Assembly: GCA_964016885.1 (NCBI GenBank) | Contig: OZ024741.1 | Span: 239,010,001 to 239,074,000, forward strand | DNA from: Eledone cirrhosa | Lineage: Eukaryota | DNA: 64,000 nt | Reading direction: 5' to 3' | Shown here: positions 56,151-64,000 of the stretch, piece after piece | How positions within the stretch are numbered: position 1 is the first letter of the stretch | Layout: each line of letters opens with the position of its first letter | The notes under the pieces: generated by a model | The model's input: the letters and a program-made list of their open reading frames with translations, nothing else | What the model was told of the DNA's origin: nothing | Databases searched by the model: none | Made by a program: the position numbers and the translations under genes

Positions 56151-56506
56151 GAAGGCGCATGGCTTAGTGGTTAGAGCATTGGCCTTGCAATCGAAAGGTT
56201 GTTTCCTTGAGCAAGACACTTTATTTCACATTGCTCCAGTTTACTCAGCTGTAGAAATGAGATGATAGGACTGGGGTCCCTATCATTCCACTGCAAAGTG
56301 GTCGTGGAGGCGCCACAGAAAAAAGTACCCAGCACTCACTGTAAATGAGGTTGGTGTTAGGAAGGGCATCCAGCTGTAGAAATCAAGCCAGTTCCCGTAT
56401 GAGCAAGGCATGGTCAGTCGACCGGACACTGCCCACAACAGGAAAACGCATTTAACCCATGCTAGCGTGGAAGAACGGAGTGAAAACAGTGATGATGATG
56501 ATGATG
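56151..56506 (+). mobile_element. SINE family 1 variant (B box deleted, longer tail)
   Basis: gaaaggttgtttccttgagc junction lacks the gagttcaa...cggg segment. Confidence 0.85.
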
Positions 56507-56614
56507 TAATACATATGTGTTAGGTAATTCCGAAGGAAAAGCAAGGGAAAAAAGAGTGCTCTATGTATAGAACAGAGCTATTTAATTAGAAATTGAACAA
56601 CACAAAAATAACTA

Positions 56615-56682
56615 CTCCATTACCAAAAGTTTCTAGATCACAGATGATAATAATATACGTCTGGATCGGTCATCAGACAGAG
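56615..56682 (-). ncRNA. Partly decayed type-I hammerhead
   Basis: Minus strand reads CTCTGT-CTGATGA-CCGATCCAGACG/CATCTGTGATCTA-GAAA-CTTTTGG-TA-ATGGAG. Confidence 0.65.
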
Positions 56683-56820
56683 ATGTTTAATCTTTTATCT
56701 ATTGAATGCTTCTAATCTGTTATAAACTAAATTTGTTGAATAATCAACAAATTAAATAACTCATTGCTTATATACATATATATATATATAATATATGTAT
56801 ATTATATGTATAAATATATA

Positions 56821-56934
56821 GAGTTCAAATCCTGCCGAGGTTTACTTCGCCTTTCTTCCTTATGGCGTGGATAAAATAAAGTACCAATAATGCACTGGGC
56901 AATTGCTGGCCTTGTGCCTAAGGTAGAAACAATT
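56821..56934 (+). mobile_element. 5'-truncated SINE family 2 with TSD attatatgtataaatatata
   Basis: Direct repeat on both sides. Confidence 0.8.
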
Positions 56935-56993
56935 ATATGTATAAATATATATATATATATATAAAAAATTAGAATTGGTGCTCTGAAATAGCG

Positions 56994-57520
56994 ATATATA
57001 TATGAATGTATATATAGTGTATTTTGCAATACACTGTATGCTTAATTAAAAGCATTTTGAAGACCTTACGCTATTGTTTTAGAGTAGTGACAGTCTCACT
57101 TACTTAAAATTTTCAGCAAACAGGGGAGATAAAGCTGACAGAGCTCTGTTTCTTACTTTTTGGTACTTATCAAAGCTAAGTACTCCACCTGTTTGCTGAA
57201 AATCATGAATGTTTGATTCTTATAGAATTCTAGTAATAATCAGGTGGCAACTACTCTGTATAATCAGTTCCTGGTTATTACTAGAATTCCATAAGAATCA
57301 AACATTCATGATTTTCAGCAAACAGGTGGAGTACTTAGCTTTGATAAGTACCAAAAAGTACGAAACAGAGCTCTGTCAACTTTATCTCCCCTGTTTGCTA
57401 AAAATTTAAAGTAAGTGAGACTGTCACTACTCTAAAACAATAGCGTAAGGTCTTCGAAATGCTTTTAATTAAGCATACAATGTATTGCAAAATACACTAT
57501 ATATACATTCATATATATAT
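56994..57520. mobile_element. Palindromic HHR element (~250-bp arms, 25-nt loop) with a decayed HHR in each arm (57133-57177 minus, 57337-57381 plus)
   Basis: AGCT-TTGATAA-GTAC/GTAC-GAAA-CAGAGCTCTG-TC. Stem I is extended by AGCAAACAGG/CCTGTTTGCT. Confidence 0.85.
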
Positions 57521-57631
57521 ATTATAAGGGCGGCCGACCGAGGTAGAAGTTGCTAAATGTTCGGTCGCCCTCATGTCTCTGATTTTCAGCCCCATGGATC
57601 TTGTCTATTATATTCCTTTGTTATATTTCGA

Positions 57632-57689
57632 ATACCTGATGATGTCACCGGATTCATACTGAACCCGGTCATTGAAATGATCATAGTAT
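57632..57689 (+). ncRNA. Type-I hammerhead within insert 57526-57880
   Basis: ATAC-CTGATGA-TGTCACCGGATTCA/TGAACCCGGTCATT-GAAA-TGATCATA-GTAT-AATAAA. Confidence 0.82.
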
Positions 57690-57924
57690 AATAAACCTTT
57701 TAAGGAATTACACCAGTCCAGCCTCCTGTTATTTTATAATAATTAACTCCGTACTCGCACCACCAACTACACAAACGAAGATGGGTGAGTTGCATTACAT
57801 TGAGTGCTTTTCATAATATTACATCGAGGTTGACCATTCGGAATGACCAGTTCTATCCAGTGGTGAACCAACAAACCTAAATATATATATATATATACTA
57901 CAGTCAGTAGGCATCTCTAACAAA

Positions 57925-58113
57925 ACAATTGTTTCTACTTTTGGCACAAGGCCAGCAAATTACCCAATGTATTACTGGTACTTTATTTTATCGACCCCGT
58001 AAGGATGAAAGGCAAAGTTAACCCCGGCGGGATTTGAACTCATAATGGCAAGGGCCGTAACTCTATGCGTCAAAGCATGGCGTCCGACCCTCTACCGATA
58101 CTGCCAATCCACC
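57925..58113 (-). mobile_element. SINE family 2
   Basis: Reverse-complement full copy. Confidence 0.88.
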
Positions 58114-58444
58114 ACGATATTGGAAATAGTGGAAATAATGCTTTGTGGCATTTGTCCCAACTCTCTGTGCTCTGAGTTCAAATCCTGCCACAGAATTCCA
58201 CAGTATTGGTAATCATATGATGTGAAACTACTCTGCTCATGGATAACATACACACCTCTTGTGTCTAACATTGTCACCAAGTTGGGCTACCTGTTTCCAA
58301 CAGCTCTGTGTCTTGAAGCCTGCGAATTAAACTGCTTTGTTTTTGTCCTTTATCAGTTGACATGTCATGTCATCATTACTGTCGTTATCATTTATTTTCT
58401 GAGGGCAGTGGATTGGTACAATTGCTAGAACATCAAACAAAGAA

Positions 58445-58790
58445 CAGTTGTCTTCCCTGGTATTCATTGGGGTTACGTTCCTAGAGCACCCATGAAGAGT
58501 GAAAAACTGCGAATATTGGACATGGGCCATAAAAATGCCTATAAATGTCAAAATATAACATAAAATATAGACCGGCAAATATGGTATATTGTTATTAATA
58601 ATTTAGAGCTAAAAGCATGAAAAAATATATATTGCCACAAAAAAACCATTAAAAAGTTGTGAAAGATATTTACAATTCTGCAAATATGCAGTATTTTCCA
58701 TAAACAATTATTAATTTGGTTCTAAGGAAAATTCCACAAATCACTAGGACTGCGAATGCTGGGATCGTGAATACCGAGAGTTCACAGTAC
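58445..58790. mobile_element. pogo/Tigger-like MITE nested in an old SINE family 2 copy
   Basis: Imperfect TIRs cagttg..ctggtattca / tgaataccgag..cagta. The SINE head (from 58402) resumes after 58790. Confidence 0.55.
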
Positions 58791-59924
58791 TTTATGGTAT
58801 TTCTTCTAGTTCTTTATGTTCTACATTCAAATCCCTCTGAGGTCAACATTTCCATTCATCCTTCTGGAGTCAATAAAATATATTAGCAGTAAAATACTAA
58901 GGGTTGATATAATCAACTTTTATCCCTCCCTAAAACTGTTGACTTTGTGCTAATGTTAATTACTATTACTAATTCCTTTCTGAGGTTGCTGGATTGACAG
59001 CATTGTTATGGCATCAAAGAAAGTGTTCGGTGATATTTCCTCTGATTCTTTATGTTCTGTGTTCAAATACTGCCACCTTTTCATCTCATCCTTCCAAGGT
59101 TGATAAAGTAAAGTACTGGGGGTCGATATAATCGACTTTCTCTCTCCTCCAAAATTGCTGGCCTTGTGCCTATATTAATAACAGTTATAATTTCCTTTCT
59201 GACATGAATTCGAGAGGCTGCAAATTATGCAGTTCATCATCTTAACATCTATTTTTCAAAAGTTAACTCAACTGGAGTTAGAATTTGAACATCATAAATA
59301 ACATCCTAACAAGCTTGACTGAGATGACTGCAAATCAACTCCCTCCAGGCCTCCAGACTATGTAAAATGCTGCTTCGTTTGTCAGTTGTAATTAACAGCT
59401 ATCCTCCCTACAGCGTGCACTAATACCATGGCCGTGGCTACTTCTTCTATAATGTATGACTTTGAAATATTGTTGACAACCAGAGATCAATGCTGGAGTG
59501 ACAGGCATAGGCTTAGATACATGGGTCAATTCCTCTGTATAAGAGATAGCCAGATGGCATTAGGAGTGGGAATTTTCTAATTCAGCCCCACCAGCAGTAG
59601 CTACTACCCAAACCCTAATGTAATGTGTACAGGAAATAAATCACCTGCTCCCATTAATTTTTAGAAAGCATTTCTCTTTTAATCACTTTGGAATGAAAAT
59701 TTTCTCATTGATTAGCCTTCTTTTTGTGGGTTTATTTTTAATAATTATATTTTTATATTTTTCTTATGCTAAAATATTGAGGGAATTTACTTCATAAAAA
59801 CCCAATTTTATAATAAAAAAAAAAAAAAGTGACAATAGTTCCAATAATTATAACAACAACAATGTAAAAAATTTTACTGTTATTGTTGTTATTATTATTA
59901 TCATCATCATCATAATTTATTATT

Positions 59925-59978
<54 letters not shown>

Positions 59979-60483
59979 GGTGGTGGTGGTGGTGGTGGTA
60001 GTAGTGGTAATGGTGGTGGTCGTGGTGGTAACATTATCTATAGTAATAATAATGACAATGCACTATGATATAACAATAACAACAGCAATATAAAGTATAT
60101 CACAGCATCTTCAACTTAATTTGCACAAATGAAGAATTGTAACTAATATTCAAACACATACACACATGCACACGTTTTTGTATTCACATACACACATTTA
60201 AACACACACATACATAGCCATACATTCACATACATATACATACATTAAAATACACACATACATGCCTGGATATTCAAATAACTATGCATACAATTAAGCA
60301 TATATGTACACACATATATATTCACATACATATACATACATTTAAACACTTACACACACCTATATATCCATATATATATACATTTAAACACACACATACA
60401 CACCTATATATATATTTAATCACATACACACACCATTTATATTAGAATACATAAAACATTTAAATACACACACCCTTTTATAT

Positions 60484-60520
<37 letters not shown>

Positions 60521-60881
60521 AACACACACATAGACACCTACATTTTTGTACACACATTCAAACACATACACCACTCTATATACATATACATCCATATTCA
60601 TATGCTCACACGCAGCTGTTTGTCATTAATTACTCAGAAATAAAAGAGATAGAACATCATGGTAAATTGATGATGAAAAATGTTTAATTTAATTTATACA
60701 TTGTTCTAAGCTAATTTATCCTTTATCTTCAAGAGATGAATATTGGAAGGGGGATGTTGGGGGGAGAAAATAGGGCGAATTTTGTCAAAATAAAATTTTA
60801 AATTACAAATTATACATTTCATCATCATTTCACTGAGAAAAATGTGTTAGTATATGTGTATATGTGTTGTAGGGTGTTGTA

Positions 60882-60912
<31 letters not shown>

Positions 60913-62329
60913 GTGTTATGTGAGTGTATGCGTGTTGTGGTGGGTTATGTGAAGGTGTGTGTATGTATGAGTGTAAGTGTGGTGCGGTGTGGTGAGTTAT
61001 GTGAGAGTGTGTGTATGTGTGTGTAATTATACAGACAAAAGAAAAGCATCAGATGATAGGATTGTCAAATTTCTTAACAATTATGAAACCTTCCCTTCAT
61101 CAGAAGTTTGGTGTTGAAGATATTAGCCATGAATATTGAAAGAAAAGTATTATACTCACTATATGTGTGAATCATTAGAACATAATTGGGGAAAACTGGT
61201 AAGTTACTGAAATATTTTAGAAAAGCCAGTGAAAGTACAGAAACCTTTACTTTCCTGACCTCTACAATTTGCAGAAATTCAAAAAAAATATCAATTGTCA
61301 TTTTCTCTCTCCTTGATTTATGTTTGCTGTCTTTTCTGTCTACTGTCTCAGTAACCCCTTGCATTTTAGTAGCTTTCTTGCCTTGCTAGGAGTGAACAAA
61401 AATAAATAAATAAATAAAAATAAGAAAAGAGGGCTGGATATTAGAAGATGTATTTTCAGGAACTTGTAAGTGGTTGTGTAGGTGTCAAGACAAAAAGCGC
61501 CACCCCACACTGTTAAGTGGTCATGTAGGTGTCATGACAAAAAGCACCCAGTCCACACTGTAAAGTGGTCATGTAGGTGTCACAACAAAAAGCACTGTAT
61601 ATGTGGTTGGCTTTTGGAAGGGCATCCAGCCATAGAAGCCAAACCAGAAACAATTTTGTATGAGCAAGACACGGTCACCTGACCCGACTTGCCTCAATCA
61701 GGACAACCTGTTTAACCCATACTTGCATGGAAAATTGATATTAAATGATGATGATGAACCTACTTTAAAAAATATATCTTTAAAATTAAATCAAGTATTG
61801 AATGTTCAGGTAAAAAACAAAGTTTTTTGTTAAATTAATTTTCTTTTAGCTATATTAATATATTTTCCCAAATAAAAATTAACAATGGTTGTATGGAGAA
61901 GAAATTTACTTCACAGGTTCGATTCCACAGCTTAACACCTTGGGCATGTATCTTCTACAATAGCCTTGAGCTAACCAATGTCTTGTAGACTTGGCAAATG
62001 GAAACTGAAAAAACTCACCATATGTATGTTCTTCTGGTTTTATAATTTCACAAATGTTTGCCAATAGAGAGAGAGTCGGTTTCTAACATAGATACAAGAC
62101 TCTCCCATTGGAATTTACACGACATCAACTAGTTAAGTATGTATGCATGTCTGCATGCATACATGTGTGTGCGGGTATGGATGTTATTGTATGTGTGGAT
62201 GTAGATGTTTTGTGTTTTATGTGTGCATATGTTTTTTGTATCTGTACAAGTGTATGTGCAGTTATTAGATGCAGAATTTTTGGAATGTTTTACACATTTT
62301 TACTGTTCCACTAATGGATTGTACTTGTA

Positions 62330-63440
62330 ATTTCTTAACTAGTCATGTTCTTTCTGTTTCTGTGAAGCCCAGCTTCTCAAGATTTGTACTGCAGCAATTA
62401 CTAACATATCCCAGTCCCCCAATAATCTGAAGGTATCTGGCAACATATCCACTACTGTGCGTGCCTTCTTTTCCCTAACCCATATTATTATATCTAGTCT
62501 GTTATGTCTGCATTTTATTGGGGTTTTTACTGGAACATTCCACCAGTACTCTTTCATATTATGTATATGTATGTCTTCCACATTGCTGTAGCATTTAATG
62601 TGTTTACTGTCGGGGCTATCTTTTCTACAGATTGTATTGTACAGTGTTTTAGCCACTTCATCATACCCCATAGGTAGATAGCACCATGATGACGTCTTTG
62701 GACAGCTACTTATGACATGGGTGACATCTTCGAGGTTAATTCGGCAGAGTCAGCTCTTGTTTTCACATCTAGGTGTTTTGCCTGCATCCCTATCTCTTTT
62801 GTGAATCAGGTATTTTGTGTTGATTTCCTGTTCTTGGATTGCAAAAACATATCCTTCAAAGTGGGAGCCAATATAGCAGTTGTTGGTCCAAGATAGACTA
62901 CTTTGTTTATCTATATTACTTTCACTCTGGAGCTTCCTGGCAAAATATTCATGTATGATTTTTTGCTGATTAGCATGCAGTTTTTCATCCATGGATTCAT
63001 TGCACTACTGTTGGGCAATTTCTCTGGGTATGAGTTTTTGATTATCTTTCAAGGAGTTTCTTCCCAACTCTCATGATCTTCTCTGTATCATGCAGATAGA
63101 CCTGCTCGATAGATGGGCTCCTACACTTTGAGGTTCGTAAATGTTGTCGGTGGGATATGATACGACACTCAAATGCTGTCTGGACTGATGTTTCGCCTCT
63201 ATTATATTTCAAGTAGAGGCAGTCTATGTCATTGTTGATGTGGAAGTTTCCGCTGTTGTTTAGAACTTTTCAAGTTTTGACATCAATTGCTCGGATTTCG
63301 TCTATTGTCCAATCGAGTATTCTAAACGTTGGTGTTAGGACAGGCACAGCAAACACATTGTGAGCCACTGTTTTATTGTACGCAGAGAGTTCCAATGACC
63401 ATATTTTTCTTAATCGGGTGTAATATTCCCTGGTTATGCA
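62330..63440 (-). mobile_element. R4/Dong-clade non-LTR retrotransposon fragment (RLE type)
   Basis: Motifs RLRKIWSLELSAYNK...FAVPVL, FAIQEQEINTK, LC....EDVTHVISSCP and HNRLDIIIW. Confidence 0.85.
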
Positions 63441-63569
63441 TTGTATGCATGTATGTATGCACGTTTCTCTTTTTCTTGATTTCATGTTTCTTTTCACAGG
63501 CCATCTGCTCAGTGTCATTGCTATAAAGAAAAAAACATTGTGCAATCCTACTATGCACAGCAATTCATC

Positions 63570-64000
63570 CTTTTAATTTTAAGAATTAATTAAAGATTTG
63601 TATAGTTACAGATATTGTGACCGAGTGTAGCTTATGAATTAAAACTCTGTTCTTTCTTCAAGAATCCATATTCAGTCATTCTTTGGATAGGCCTGTTTGT
63701 ATATACCCTATAGCTTCAATAATAATAGGATTGAAACTGAATGTGTGTTCTGGGTACAAGATTTGCAAACTTGATATCCCCCTCTTTTATTTTATTTTTA
63801 CTACATGTCAAGTGAACAGTTGGCACCCACAACAGAACATGATGTTATTTTGTGGTCTTGAATAGCAGTATCAGTCTGGTTGCATTTTAATTTTAGGTTC
63901 CACTAATATTTCTTTGTCTAATATTCCTTTGTCTCATCAATATTTCAGTCTCAATATATTCATTACTATTTGTTCTTACTTTCATCTTCTTCGGTTGTAT
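63570..64000 (-). mobile_element. Second R4/Dong-like RLE C-terminal remnant
   Basis: Minus-strand translation LQILYPEHTFSFNPIIIEAIGY...LIHKLHSVTI.VTIQIF. Confidence 0.6.

Overview
AT-rich, microsatellite-dense eukaryotic DNA. The SINE/RTE repertoire points to a cephalopod, probably Octopus (inference). There is no intact gene, and nearly all ORF-track entries are artefacts of simple repeats. One convincing 151-bp coding exon lies on the minus strand (6964-7114). The rest is decayed non-LTR retrotransposons (RTE, CRE, R4/Dong, CR1-like, Penelope-like), two tRNA-type SINE families, MITEs, a 48/51-bp minisatellite and a 4.5-kb 15-bp satellite. The strongest hidden signal is about 15 type-I hammerhead ribozyme (HHR) motifs, some intact and some decayed or partial. 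They sit in short Penelope-like or retrozyme-like elements, almost all embedded in (TA)n tracts. Several are arranged as large palindromes or as circularly permuted ~1.1-mers. Four HHRs with divergent sequences share a C-C mismatch at pair 4 of stem II, and several elements share a TTGAG(T) tail motif. All structures were paired by eye, and repeat boundaries are approximate.
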